Part shown: one piece after another, positions 1-9,299 of the stretch | Position numbering within the stretch: position 1 is the first letter of the stretch | Layout of the letters: every line of letters starts with the position of its first letter | Assembly: GCA_963787125.1 (NCBI GenBank) | Contig: CAWBBV010000026.1 | Coordinates: 1 to 64,000, forward strand | Direction of reading: 5' to 3' | From: an uncultured delta proteobacterium | GTDB taxonomy: Bacteria; Desulfobacterota; Desulfuromonadia; Geobacterales; DSM-12255 | Length of the DNA: 64,000 nt | Notes under the pieces: generated by a model | The model's database searches: none | What the model saw: only the letters and a program-made list of their open reading frames with translations | Told to the model about the DNA's origin: nothing | Translations under genes and position numbers: made by a program

Positions 1-341
1 TGGAGGCCAGGCTCCGGCGACCTCGCCGAGGAGCTGGCCACGCAACTGAAAATCAGCGTGCCAGAACTCGAAAAGATGCTCGTCGATGCCAACGCAGTCG
101 GGCTGATCAGCCTGAATAAGAATTGGTGCCGAGACCGACAGCTACAAGGATGTCCGCGAAATCGACATCTTGCAGGACAAAAAGGGCGAAGATCCCACCC
201 GGCGGGTGCATAAGAATGATCTGATGCGGCTGGTGACGAAAGGGCTGAATCGAAACGAACGGCTGATCATCATCCTCTATTACTATGAGGAGCTGACGAT
301 GAAGGAAATTGGGGCCACCTTAGACCTCAGTGAAAGTCGTG
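1..341 (+). pseudogene. fliA: C-terminal fragment of a FliA/WhiG (sigma-28) RNA polymerase sigma factor, frameshifted and truncated; probably foreign/chimeric sequence
   Basis: Frame 1 reads ELATQLKISVPELEKMLVDANAVGLISLNK. After a shift at ~121-130, frame 2 reads ETDSYKDVREIDILQDKKGEDP...LNRNERLIIILYYYEELTMKEIGATLDLSESR, which is sigma region 3/4 HTH. The homology stops abruptly at ~341. Confidence 0.85.
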
Positions 342-1483
342 CTGGTGGCGTGTGTGAATCTGTAGTAACCGAAAGAGAATTCTGGGAGAGTGGGGCTTGC
401 AACTGTGTATGAACTGTCTGTTGAAACAGGAGTTGATGTCAGAGGGTGGAACTTCAATGTTTCATTAGAATGGCTGCTCCAGTCGCTCAGATAAGCGCGT
501 TTAGCAAATCCAAGAAAACTCGCAGGCAAAGAACCGCCCTGACTTTTCAATACTTTGTCTAAGAAAGGGAGCGTTGGGATGTCCGCACCTGAAAGTGGTG
601 GCTGTTCAATCGAGAGTGATTCCCAGATTTTCCAGATTATGTCCTGCGGGTAAAACTGTTCATATAGGTACCGGTTAAATATCCATCTGCTGTAGCCATC
701 TCCGGAACCCAGGGCAGATGTTGTGCTGGTGAGGTACTCGCCGGTGTAGTCGTAAAGTTGGTTGACGGAGTCGTAGACTTCGTCTTCCATCCACGTTGCA
801 GTCGCTTCTGCATACCACGCCTCAAAAAAATAGTTGTAACCATACTGGATTGCATGCTGAAATTCATGTGCGGCAGTGACCTTGAGCAGAGCAAGAGGCG
901 TGTAGGATGTAGAAAATCCCTTAAAATCCTTATCAATCTCGATAAAACTGGTTGCAATATTTCCATTTACAAGGTCTGACGTTGTTAATCCAAGATAGTT
1001 ACCCAAAGCTCGCAGGTAAACATCGTACGGCATATTGGGTGGTGTTCGGTAATTGAGTTTCGTAACTTCCCGGTCATACGCTGCTTCAAAAACGTCAGCC
1101 ACTGTTTCAACCCAGTCAGGAACGCCATTGATGTTACTATCAGCCAGTGGTGGGGCATCAGTACCGGTAGTCGCATAATGTATATTGAAGTGGTTACCGT
1201 TGGATTTTACGATCATCTCGCTTGCAAGAGTCGGTTTAGCAAGGTATTTCTCCAAAGTTTTCTGCGTACCGGACTCGAGCTTTTTCCAGTCCCTCTTAAG
1301 GTCATGCCTCAGCGGCATACCGCATTTATGTGTAATCGAAGTCTGAGAGCTTTTAACTGCCGTTTTGGAAGAATCAACCGCTAGTTCGCCAAACTGTTGC
1401 AGATAGTAACTGTCCAGCTCACCGCCAAAAGCGCTGCCGGTACTCAAAAGCACAAAAAACAATAAGAGCCTAAATGTTCTCAT
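320..1483 (-). CDS. Secreted zinc metalloprotease (MXAN_6640-like), C-terminus cut at the chimeric junction
   Basis: Signal peptide, HExxH motif (TAAHEFQHAIQYGY) and downstream EATATWMED. The stop codon lies inside the foreign fliA sequence. Confidence 0.75.
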   Translation of the reverse strand: MRTFRLLLFFVLLSTGSAFGGELDSYYLQQFGELAVDSSKTAVKSSQTSITHKCGMPLRHDLKRDWKKLESGTQKTLEKYLAKPTLASEMIVKSNGNHFNIHYATTGTDAPPLADSNINGVPDWVETVADVFEAAYDREVTKLNYRTPPNMPYDVYLRALGNYLGLTTSDLVNGNIATSFIEIDKDFKGFSTSYTPLALLKVTAAHEFQHAIQYGYNYFFEAWYAEATATWMEDEVYDSVNQLYDYTGEYLTSTTSALGSGDGYSRWIFNRYLYEQFYPQDIIWKIWESLSIEQPPLSGADIPTLPFLDKVLKSQGGSLPASFLGFAKRAYLSDWSSHSNETLKFHPLTSTPVSTDSSYTVASPTLPEFSFGYYRFTHATSTTFTEV

Positions 1484-1977
1484 CAGTCAGCCATCCTTTT
1501 GCCGCCTCGTATTGGAACCAGCGTTGTTTCCTCTACTCTTACCTTAAACTCTGTTCGCACACCACGGCAGAATAGCCCATAATCGCCTGGTGGGAGGGCT
1601 ACGATGAAGTATCCTGATTTATCAGTTCTGGTGACAAAAGCTCCATCGGCCTTGTTCCTGAAGGTTATCTGTTCATCTGGGTAGGGCGTGAAGAGGTTGC
1701 GTTCTGATATTCTGCCGCCAGTTAGTCTGGAGAAAGCAGATGCCGGCAACTGCGCCGTAGCCACGAGGAAGCGGCTCTGATGACTTGGTGCCGGGTGCAG
1801 GTTTATCGTCGTGGGGAAATGGCCGCGCTGCAACCAGACCGCCTGAGAGGTATCATTTGTCGTCGGTGAGAAGTTTTTTCCGTCGAAAACGTAGGGTTTC
1901 CAGAGAGAGGAAGTTCCCGCGGCACAGGAGAAGATGAGTGGTAAAGCTATTAAGATGCAGTCGCGGATGACTCTCAA
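1483..1977 (-). CDS. Putative lipoprotein with a carboxypeptidase-regulatory-like beta-sandwich; probable compensated frameshift at ~1720-1803
   Basis: Lipobox-like IFSC and a TRTDKSGYFIVALPPGDYGL motif. Overlaps both neighbouring genes. Confidence 0.55.
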   Translation of the reverse strand: MRVIRDCILIALPLIFSCAAGTSSLWKPYVFDGKNFSPTTNDTSQAVWLQRGHFPTTINLHPAPSHQSRFLVATAQLPASAFSRLTGGRISERNLFTPYPDEQITFRNKADGAFVTRTDKSGYFIVALPPGDYGLFCRGVRTEFKVRVEETTLVPIRGGKRMAD

Positions 1978-2699
1978 CTAAGACGCTCCAGTGTCGATTC
2001 GATAGCTATCGCAAGAGATTTGCCGGCAATTCTGGCATTATTTGCCAAGATTAAAAGGTCGGGCAAGAGGAAGGGGTTCTTAGCCAGGGAGATAGTCAGC
2101 TTAATTTTGCTAAAGTTGTATTCATTGTCGCATATGTTCTTCAGCAGGCTGTAAGGATCATTGGTAAGGTCGTCACTGACACTTCTTATGGCTGCAAACT
2201 TTATCCTCCGGTTGCGGCAGACGGCAGCAATGCTGGCACTCTCCATTTCAAGAAGATTAATGGCGGCGGGCTCAGGGAGGATTAAGGAAAGTTTTGCTTT
2301 TTCAATGATTTCAGCCGTAGTAATAAAGATGCCTTTTTTAAACCCGGGCTCAATGCGGGTTGCCAGTTCTCTGTCTGGAATAAATTCACCAGTGAATTTA
2401 CCCGCAGAGTAGCTGTAAAGTTTTTCTGCAAGAAAAACTTCGCCTGTCCCTACCGTCGGTGTGAGCGCCCCGCAGAAGCCGGCGCTGAGAATTATCTCAG
2501 GGGTAAGAGACGCAGCCGTTGATGCGGCTTTTGCAGCCTTGCTGTTGCCGATACCACTCTCAATTAGTCTGACCTTGTTACCGAAGGCTTCGAAGTCCCA
2601 GGCCGGTAAATCAGCGAAGAAAATCCTTTTTGCAGCGAACCGTCGTAATATCGGCCTGCTCTCCTGTCTGATGGCGCATAGGATACAGATCTGTTTCAT
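1974..2699 (-). CDS. Nucleoside phosphorylase / MTA-SAH nucleosidase family protein (PNP_UDP_1)
   Basis: ESGIG, SAGFCGAL, EMESASIA and IRSVSD motifs. Confidence 0.8.
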   Translation of the reverse strand: MKQICILCAIRQESRPILRRFAAKRIFFADLPAWDFEAFGNKVRLIESGIGNSKAAKAASTAASLTPEIILSAGFCGALTPTVGTGEVFLAEKLYSYSAGKFTGEFIPDRELATRIEPGFKKGIFITTAEIIEKAKLSLILPEPAAINLLEMESASIAAVCRNRRIKFAAIRSVSDDLTNDPYSLLKNICDNEYNFSKIKLTISLAKNPFLLPDLLILANNARIAGKSLAIAIESTLERLS

Positions 2700-2766
2700 C
2701 TTTGCAATCTATCAAAGGGGCAGGAAAAGAGCAACGGTGAAGAGCTTTGAGTGGTAGTTTTTTGTC

Positions 2767-2796
2767 TTGACAAAAAAGCATGAACTTCTTTATAGT
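2767..2796 (+). promoter_or_regulatory. sigma70-type promoter of the ffh operon
   Basis: TTGACA (2767-2772), N18, TATAGT (2791-2796), upstream of ffh. Confidence 0.6.
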
Positions 2797-2867
2797 GACC
2801 CCTTTACAGGGTTTGTCTGTCTTGAATGCCCTTTGCCGTACTATCTGATGTTTTTGGTGGTTGACAG

Positions 2868-4229
2868 GTGTTTGAAAATCTTTCCGATAAACTTGAGTTG
2901 GTCTTCAAGAAGCTCCGCGGCCAAGGGGTGATGACGGAAGATAATATCAAGGAGGCGCTCCGTGAGGTACGGTTGGTGCTCCTTGAGGCGGACGTCAACT
3001 TCAAGGTTGTTAAGGATTTTGTAGAGAAGGTCAGACAGCGCGCTGTAGGTACAGATGTTCTGCAGAGCCTTTCTCCAGGGCAGCAGGTTATCAAGATTGT
3101 CAATGATGAATTGATTGTCATGATGGGTGGTGGTGAGGACAACTCTCTTGATCTTGCTGCAAAACCTCCGGTTGCGATTATGATGGTAGGGCTTCAGGGG
3201 GCTGGGAAGACAACCTCTTGTGGTAAGCTGGCAAGATATCTCAAGGCTCAAAAAAGACGTCCACTGCTGGTGCCGGCAGATGTTTACCGACCGGCGGCAA
3301 TCGAGCAGCTGAAGACACTCGGCAGGCAGCTCGGCATTGAGGTCTTTGATTCTGCCTCTGATCAGGACCCTGTCGACATCTGTCGCAGTTCTATGAAATA
3401 TGCTGAACTGAACGGACTTGACACTGTCATTCTGGATACAGCCGGGCGCCATCAGATAGACGATTTTTTGATGAACGAACTGGTTCGCATCAGAGATGCG
3501 GTTGCTCCGAGAGAGATTCTTTTTGTCGCCGATGCAATGACTGGACAGGAGGCCGTGAATGTCGCCTCCGGGTTCAATGATCGGCTGGAAATATCTGGTG
3601 TAATTCTTACAAAGCTTGACGGCGATGCCAAGGGTGGTGCGGCCCTTTCGATCAAGGCTGTAACAGGCAAACCGATCAAGTTTGTCGGCGTAGGCGAAAA
3701 GCTTGATGCGCTTGAAGTTTTTCACGCAGATAGACTCGTCTCACGTATTCTTGGCATGGGTGATGTCCTTACTCTTGTTGAGAAGGCGCATTCGGCATTT
3801 GATGAAGGGGAGTCAAAGCGGCTTCAGGAAAAGCTCAAAAAGAACAAGTTTGATCTTGAGGATTTCCGTAGCCAGCTGCAACAGATAAAAAAGCTTGGGT
3901 CTCTTGAGTCCATAATGGGAATGATTCCCGGTATGGGTAAGATGATGAAGCAGATGGAAGGAATGCCTGCTCCTGAGAAAGAGATGAAGCGGATTGAGGC
4001 GATCATCGACTCAATGACAATGAAAGAGCGCGCCAACCATACGATAATCAATGGCAGCAGGCGCCTACGGATTGCAAAGGGTAGCGGGACATCCGTGCAG
4101 GAGGTCAATCAGCTGCTCAAACGTTTTATGGATGCGCAGAAAATGATGCAGCAGTTGCAGAAAATGGGACCGATGGGGATGATGAAAGGGATGAAGGGTT
4201 TGAAAGGTATGGGTAAATTCCCTTTTTAG
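2868..4229 (+). CDS. ffh: Signal recognition particle protein Ffh
   Basis: GLQGAGKTT, DTAGR and TKLDGDAKGG motifs; Met-rich M domain. Confidence 0.98.
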   Translation: MFENLSDKLELVFKKLRGQGVMTEDNIKEALREVRLVLLEADVNFKVVKDFVEKVRQRAVGTDVLQSLSPGQQVIKIVNDELIVMMGGGEDNSLDLAAKPPVAIMMVGLQGAGKTTSCGKLARYLKAQKRRPLLVPADVYRPAAIEQLKTLGRQLGIEVFDSASDQDPVDICRSSMKYAELNGLDTVILDTAGRHQIDDFLMNELVRIRDAVAPREILFVADAMTGQEAVNVASGFNDRLEISGVILTKLDGDAKGGAALSIKAVTGKPIKFVGVGEKLDALEVFHADRLVSRILGMGDVLTLVEKAHSAFDEGESKRLQEKLKKNKFDLEDFRSQLQQIKKLGSLESIMGMIPGMGKMMKQMEGMPAPEKEMKRIEAIIDSMTMKERANHTIINGSRRLRIAKGSGTSVQEVNQLLKRFMDAQKMMQQLQKMGPMGMMKGMKGLKGMGKFPF

Positions 4230-4307
4230 CTATTTTGATATATCGCAGGAAAAAAATAAACTAACATAATGCGGCCATGATGTCGCAGTAAAATCAGGAG
4301 GATACAG

Positions 4308-4574
4308 ATGGCTGTAAAAATGAGACTTGCTCGTGCCGGCGCTAAGAAAAAACCTTTTTATCAGGTAGTCATTGCTGACGAGCGTGCCAGAAGAGACGGC
4401 AGGTTTATTGCTAATGTCGGAACATATGATCCGAACCAGAATCCGGCTGTTTTCAAAATTGACGAAGGTGAAGCGCTTTGCTGGCTCGGCAAAGGGGTTC
4501 AGCCTACCGATACTGTTAGACAGCTTCTGAAGGGCGTCGGAGTCTGGGCGAAATTTAAAACCAAGGCCGACTGA
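4308..4574 (+). CDS. rpsP: 30S ribosomal protein S16
   Basis: [18 protein letters not shown]...[17 protein letters not shown]; position after ffh. Confidence 0.98.
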   Translation: MAVKMRLARAGAKKKPFYQVVIADERARRDGRFIANVGTYDPNQNPAVFKIDEGEALCWLGKGVQPTDTVRQLLKGVGVWAKFKTKAD

Positions 4575-4630
4575 TTTATCTGCTCCAAAACCGGCAAGCC
4601 GGATATTCCAGTGACACAGAGGATACCGAC

Positions 4631-4861
4631 ATGAGACAGCTCGTAGAGACCATTGCTAAAGCTTTAGTTGATGACCCCGCCCAGGTACGGGCTACCGAGG
4701 AGATGGAAGAGGATACTACTGTCATCAAACTCACTGTTGCCAAAGAAGATATGGGGCGGATTATCGGTAAAGAAGGCAGGACTGCAAAGGCTGTGCGCAC
4801 CTTGCTCAATGCTGTTTCTACCAAGGATAACAAGAAAGCCATCCTCAAGATAGTTGAGTAA
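4631..4861 (+). CDS. khpA: KH-domain RNA-binding protein KhpA
   Basis: DMGRIIGKEGRTAKAVRTLL KH signature; lies between rpsP and rimM. Confidence 0.92.
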   Translation: MRQLVETIAKALVDDPAQVRATEEMEEDTTVIKLTVAKEDMGRIIGKEGRTAKAVRTLLNAVSTKDNKKAILKIVE

Positions 4862-5376
4862 TGACTGCTAATAACATGATTCTGATGGGAAAGGTTGCAG
4901 CTGCTCATGGCATCAAAGGCCAGTTGCGGGTTATCCCGTACTCTGGCATGGCGGATAATCTTCTCTCCTGTGGCTCGATAATGTTGAGAGACTCTGCCGG
5001 GCGAATTCAGCAGTATGACGTATCGGCAGCATCTGTTCACGGTAAAAAACTACTGATGTCACTCAAGGGCTTTTCCGGGATTAACGAGGTGCTGCATTTT
5101 GTAGGTAGCGAGATTTTGCTTTACCTTGACCAGCTATCCGAACCAGATGAGGGTGAATATTACTGGCACGAGCTGATCGGCATGAAGGTTATTACCATTG
5201 ATGGTATTGATCTTGGAACTCTTGACAGTATCATTGAAACCGGAAGCAATGACGTCTATGTTGCGGTAGCAAATGGCCGCGAGTATCTGATCCCGGCGCT
5301 CACTGACATAGTCTCAATAGATATCAAAACTAAAATAATGACTGTAACCCCGTTCGAGGGGCTTTTTGATCTATGA
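4861..5376 (+). CDS. rimM: Ribosome maturation factor RimM
   Basis: [25 protein letters not shown] and YLIP motifs. Confidence 0.96.
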   Translation: MTANNMILMGKVAAAHGIKGQLRVIPYSGMADNLLSCGSIMLRDSAGRIQQYDVSAASVHGKKLLMSLKGFSGINEVLHFVGSEILLYLDQLSEPDEGEYYWHELIGMKVITIDGIDLGTLDSIIETGSNDVYVAVANGREYLIPALTDIVSIDIKTKIMTVTPFEGLFDL

Positions 5377-6065
5377 AATTTCACATACTGACCCTGTTTC
5401 CTGAAATGTTCTCGGGAGTCCTTTCCCTTGGGGTAACAGGTCGGGCTGTTGAGAATAGTCTCCTGGATGTAAGCCTTTACAATATCCGTGACTACGCCAC
5501 AGACAAACATCATACTGTCGATGATGCCCCTTATGGTGGCGGCGCCGGAATGGTAATGAAGGTCGAGCCTATCGCCCGCTGCATGGAAGCTGTTCGGGAG
5601 CGTGCTCCAAACGCAAGGCTCCTGCTTGCTTCACCAGGTGGTAGGCCGTTCGATCAGGAAATGGCTGCAGGGCTTGCAACGGAAGGCGAAGTCATAATCC
5701 TTTGCGGTCGCTATGAAGGCATCGATGAAAGAGTGACTGAGCTTTTCTGTGCGACTGAATTTTCCATCGGTGATTATGTTATGACCGGCGGAGAGATCGC
5801 AGCCATGGTGGTTATCGATACGGTCGGCAGGCTGATTCCCGGTGTTCTCGGTTCTAAAGAGTCTGCTTGCGATGAATCATTTTCCGACGGTCTGCTTGAG
5901 TATCCACAATACACGCGACCACCCGAGTTTGATGGGCTTAAGGTTCCAGACATGCTGCTCTCAGGTAATCACAGCGAGATTGCCCGTTGGCGCCGGGAAA
6001 AGTCACTGTTAAAGACAAGGGCAGTAAGGCCGGATTTGGTGACGCTTGCGAGAAGAGCTAAGTGA
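5373..6065 (+). CDS. trmD: tRNA (guanine37-N1)-methyltransferase TrmD
   Basis: [33 protein letters not shown] and LLSGNH motifs. Confidence 0.97.
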   Translation: MKFHILTLFPEMFSGVLSLGVTGRAVENSLLDVSLYNIRDYATDKHHTVDDAPYGGGAGMVMKVEPIARCMEAVRERAPNARLLLASPGGRPFDQEMAAGLATEGEVIILCGRYEGIDERVTELFCATEFSIGDYVMTGGEIAAMVVIDTVGRLIPGVLGSKESACDESFSDGLLEYPQYTRPPEFDGLKVPDMLLSGNHSEIARWRREKSLLKTRAVRPDLVTLARRAK

Positions 6066-6628
6066 CAAAGCCACTGTTCAGTATTGCTCTTATTCATCAT
6101 CCCGTTTATAACAAGCACAGAGATGTTGTAACTACGGCTGTCACAAATCTGGATATTCATGATATTGCCAGGGCGGCAAGGACTTTCGGCGCAGATCGTT
6201 ACTATATTGTCACTCCGGTTGAAGAACAACAGCGGCTTGTTCAGAAAATAGCAACGCATTGGCAGAGTGGTTGGGGGGCAACATACAACCCCAAGCGCAA
6301 GGCCGCTCTTGATATCGTCGCGGTTATGCCGAGTTTGAGTGCTGCAATTGCTGATATGACTGCAACTGCCGGTCAAGCTCCGAAGGTTGTGGTTACCGGT
6401 GCCTCATCACGCAAAAGTTCCATTTCCGCTTTGGAACTGGCAGCGCAGATAGTCAAGGGCGAGCATGGTTACCTGCTGCTGTTCGGCACAGGATGGGGGA
6501 TGACAGAGGATGTTTTTGATTCGGCAGATTACGTACTTGAACCTATAGAAGGTTCTGGAGATTACAACCATCTCTCAGTACGCTCGGCAGTATCGATTTA
6601 TATGGACAGGCTTTTTGGCCGAAAATGA
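6062..6628 (+). CDS. SPOUT RNA methyltransferase (TM1570-like)
   Basis: [29 protein letters not shown] and YNHLSVRSA motifs; GTGA overlap with trmD. Confidence 0.88.
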   Translation: MTKPLFSIALIHHPVYNKHRDVVTTAVTNLDIHDIARAARTFGADRYYIVTPVEEQQRLVQKIATHWQSGWGATYNPKRKAALDIVAVMPSLSAAIADMTATAGQAPKVVVTGASSRKSSISALELAAQIVKGEHGYLLLFGTGWGMTEDVFDSADYVLEPIEGSGDYNHLSVRSAVSIYMDRLFGRK

Positions 6629-6669
6629 CAGACAGATAGCTTAAGCTATTAAACGGAGGAAGCAAGCAG

Positions 6670-7026
6670 ATGAACAAAATTGATATGATTGAAATGGTGC
6701 AGATGAAGAAAAACGTAGTTCCTTTTAAACCGGGCGATACGGTAAAAGTTCACGTTAAAATTGTTGAGGGTGATAAAAGCCGTATCCAGGCATTTCAAGG
6801 GGTAGTGATCTGCCGTCAGAATGGCGGGGTTCGCGAGTCATTCACAGTTCGTAAGATATCGAACGGTGTCGGCGTTGAGAGAGTCTTTCCGGTTCACTCA
6901 CCATCAGTCGAGACGATAGACGTGGTTACCCGCGGCCATGTCCGCAGAGCAAAACTCTACTATCTGCGCAAGTTGCGCGGCAAGGCGGCAAGGATTCGCG
7001 AAAGAAAGTATGTTGCAGGAGCATGA
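6670..7026 (+). CDS. rplS: 50S ribosomal protein L19
   Basis: [26 protein letters not shown] and [10 protein letters not shown] motifs. Confidence 0.98.
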   Translation: MNKIDMIEMVQMKKNVVPFKPGDTVKVHVKIVEGDKSRIQAFQGVVICRQNGGVRESFTVRKISNGVGVERVFPVHSPSVETIDVVTRGHVRRAKLYYLRKLRGKAARIRERKYVAGA

Positions 7027-7029
7027 TTC

Positions 7030-7061
7030 AAAAGCCCCGGAGAAATCCGGGGCTTTTTTTT
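7030..7061 (+). terminator. Intrinsic terminator after rplS
   Basis: Hairpin AAAAGCCCCGGA-GAAA-TCCGGGGCTTTT followed by a T run. Confidence 0.8.
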
Positions 7062-7088
7062 AAGCGATTACAGCTGTCCGGAGATTCT

Positions 7089-7742
7089 GTGAATCTTGAA
7101 CTTTTTGAAAAGAACTCAACTCGTAATTTGCTTGAATTCGAGTCACTGGCGCGAAAGCAGGGTTTTAAAATAATAGCCGGCATAGATGAAGCCGGCAGAG
7201 GCCCGCTTGCAGGACCGGTTGTGGCTGCAGCAGTCATCTTGCCTGAAGGGCTTCTTATCTCAGGGGTTGATGATTCGAAGAAACTTAGCGGCGTAAAGCG
7301 CAACTTCCTTTTTGATGAAATAATGAAACAAGCGGTTACAGTCGGCGTCGGCATAAGTGATAGTCAGACAGTTGACCGGATAAACGTCCTGCAGGCAACC
7401 CTGCGGGCGATGGAAGCGGCGGTTGCGATGCTCTCAATTCAGCCGGACTGTCTGTTGATAGACGGAATTTCAAAAACAGCTTTGCAACTTCATCAGAAAA
7501 CTATTAAAAAGGGTGACAGCTTGAGTCTCTCTATTGCCGCCGCCTCCATAATCGCCAAAGTGACCAGGGACAGGATCATGATGGCGTACGACAAGGAGTA
7601 TCCCGGCTACGGTTTTGCTGATCACAAAGGTTATGGCTCCGCGTCTCACATGGCGGCTGTTGCTGTTTTGGGACCGACTCCGATACACAGACTGACATTT
7701 CGAAGGGTCAGGGAGTACGCTTCCCGGCTGGAGGATTTATAG
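7089..7742 (+). CDS. rnhB: Ribonuclease HII
   Basis: AGIDEAGRGPLAGPV, DSKKL, SIAAASIIAKVTRD and HKGY motifs. GTG 7089 (after GGAG) is preferred over the track start 7023, which runs through the terminator. Confidence 0.95.
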   Translation: MNLELFEKNSTRNLLEFESLARKQGFKIIAGIDEAGRGPLAGPVVAAAVILPEGLLISGVDDSKKLSGVKRNFLFDEIMKQAVTVGVGISDSQTVDRINVLQATLRAMEAAVAMLSIQPDCLLIDGISKTALQLHQKTIKKGDSLSLSIAAASIIAKVTRDRIMMAYDKEYPGYGFADHKGYGSASHMAAVAVLGPTPIHRLTFRRVREYASRLEDL

Positions 7743-7892
7743 GTGTTCAAGGTAATCGGGGTAATATTTGCGCTTTTTGTTGTTCTTTTTGTAGCAATCA
7801 TCATTGAAGAGGTTTTTCTAGGTGGTAAAAGGCGACGAAGAGCAGAAAGAGTGGCCAAGGAGAGAAGTAATGCGAATAACGCCGGCAACTGA
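7743..7892 (+). CDS. Small (49 aa) single-pass membrane protein, below the ORF-track cutoff
   Basis: GGAGG RBS then GTG. Translation: VFKVIGVIFALFVVLFVAIIIEEVFLGGKRRRRAERVAKERSNANNAGN*. Fills the gap between rnhB and the peptidase. Confidence 0.6.
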   Translation: MFKVIGVIFALFVVLFVAIIIEEVFLGGKRRRRAERVAKERSNANNAGN

Positions 7893-9069
7893 GCTTGAGC
7901 ATCGCTGCAGCCGTCTCCAGCAGCTTATGCAGGCGGAGGGTTTTGATGCTGTAATTATCACCCAGAGCGCCGACCTGTTCTACTTTACCGGGACGATTCA
8001 GTCAGGCGCTCTTTATGTGCCCTCAATCGGTCAACCACTGTATCTGGTCAGGCGCAATTATTTGCGGGCAAGGATGGAGTCCGGACTCAAAGAGGTTATC
8101 CCGTTAACTACCTTGGCGGATATCAGGAAAATTATAGCTGCATATGACTATAAAATGCCGGTTGCGATCGGTATGGAGTTTGACGTTATTCCCGTCGTAT
8201 TTTATGAGCGGTATAAAAAAACTTTTCCTGATTCTGTTTTTAGTGATGCTTCGACCATTGTCCGTAAAGTGAGGATGATAAAGAGTCTTTACGAAATTCA
8301 TCTTATGCAGGATGCTGCAGTTCAGGTGGACAGGGTATACAGATCTGCAGCAGCTTTTTTGCGGGAAGGGATTACCGATGTCGGGCTCGCTGCCGAGCTT
8401 GAGCGGGTCGCACGGCTGGAGGGGCATCCCGGAGTTGTCCGGATGAGAGGCTTCAACGGCGAGATACTCTACGGGCAGACCTTCTCAGGCGCTGACAGCG
8501 CAGTGCCGGCTTACTCCGACACTCCCCTCGGGGGACTTGGAGTTGCCCCTGCATTCGGCTACGGTGCCGGGTTTAAGCCGATTTTGCAAAATGAGCCGGT
8601 AGTGATAGATTTTGTCGGAAGTTGTGATGGCTACCTGGTTGATCAGACGAGAATTATGGCGATTGGAGGTCTATCGACTAAGCTTGTAAAAGGATTTGAG
8701 GACATGCTCAAAATCCAGGAGCTTATGAAGTTAATGGCTCCCCAGTTGCCGTCATGGGGAGAACTGTACGATGAGTGTCTCTCCTGTGCTGTCTCCATGG
8801 GGTATAGTGATAGCTTTATGGGGATTAGTGGTTCGCAGGTATCTTTTATAGGTCATGGTATCGGGATCGAAGTCGACGAATATCCGTTCATTGCTCGCGG
8901 TTATCACAATATGACCTTTGCTCCAGGGATGGCATTTGCTTTTGAACCTAAACTTGTTTTCCCGGGAGAGGGGTCAGTCGGCATTGAAAACAGTTTTTAT
9001 CTGGCTGACGACGGCACATTAAAGCAACTTACTTTCTCTGATGATAAGATAGTCATTCTGCCTGCTTGA
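7870..9069 (+). CDS. Xaa-Pro aminopeptidase (M24) family protein
   Basis: Creatinase-type N-domain; GYLVDQTR, FIGHGIGIEVDE, FAFEPK and GIENSF metal ligands. ATG 7870 follows AAGGAG. Confidence 0.9.
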   Translation: MRITPATELEHRCSRLQQLMQAEGFDAVIITQSADLFYFTGTIQSGALYVPSIGQPLYLVRRNYLRARMESGLKEVIPLTTLADIRKIIAAYDYKMPVAIGMEFDVIPVVFYERYKKTFPDSVFSDASTIVRKVRMIKSLYEIHLMQDAAVQVDRVYRSAAAFLREGITDVGLAAELERVARLEGHPGVVRMRGFNGEILYGQTFSGADSAVPAYSDTPLGGLGVAPAFGYGAGFKPILQNEPVVIDFVGSCDGYLVDQTRIMAIGGLSTKLVKGFEDMLKIQELMKLMAPQLPSWGELYDECLSCAVSMGYSDSFMGISGSQVSFIGHGIGIEVDEYPFIARGYHNMTFAPGMAFAFEPKLVFPGEGSVGIENSFYLADDGTLKQLTFSDDKIVILPA

Positions 9070-9086
9070 TTGCTATAAAAAATATG

Positions 9087-9140
9087 TTGAATTTAATTTA
9101 AGCCGATGATATAAGGAACTCGAATTTGTATACAGTATGC
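9087..9140 (+). promoter_or_regulatory. gltA sigma70 promoter with a downstream palindromic operator (candidate HgtR site)
   Basis: TTGAAT-N17-TATAAG (9087-9115), then TTTGTATACAGTATGC containing the palindrome TGTATACA (9127-9134). Confidence 0.55.
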
Positions 9141-9299
9141 GATCAGCTTCCTTGATGTTATTTCGTGAATCCTTTAGCAGCGCCGGTTTGTCAGCTGTGA
9201 ATTCCTGGTTTAAATGATTATCAAGTTTATCAGTGGCTGGGTGGTCGTTAAGATCATCCCCGCAAATTAACCCCAACAGTCGAAAGGAGATCAATCAAC

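Noticed and set aside
170..412. 80-aa ORF as a novel mini sigma factor
   Set aside because: It is the tail of a frameshifted fliA fragment reading across the junction into antisense protease sequence.
2841..3725. 294-aa antisense ORF to ffh, and similar long shadow ORFs (26809-27504, 28612-29487, 43077-43670, 56408-57112)
   Set aside because: They are fully overlapped by well-supported genes on the other strand and have no recognisable motifs; typical codon-bias shadows.
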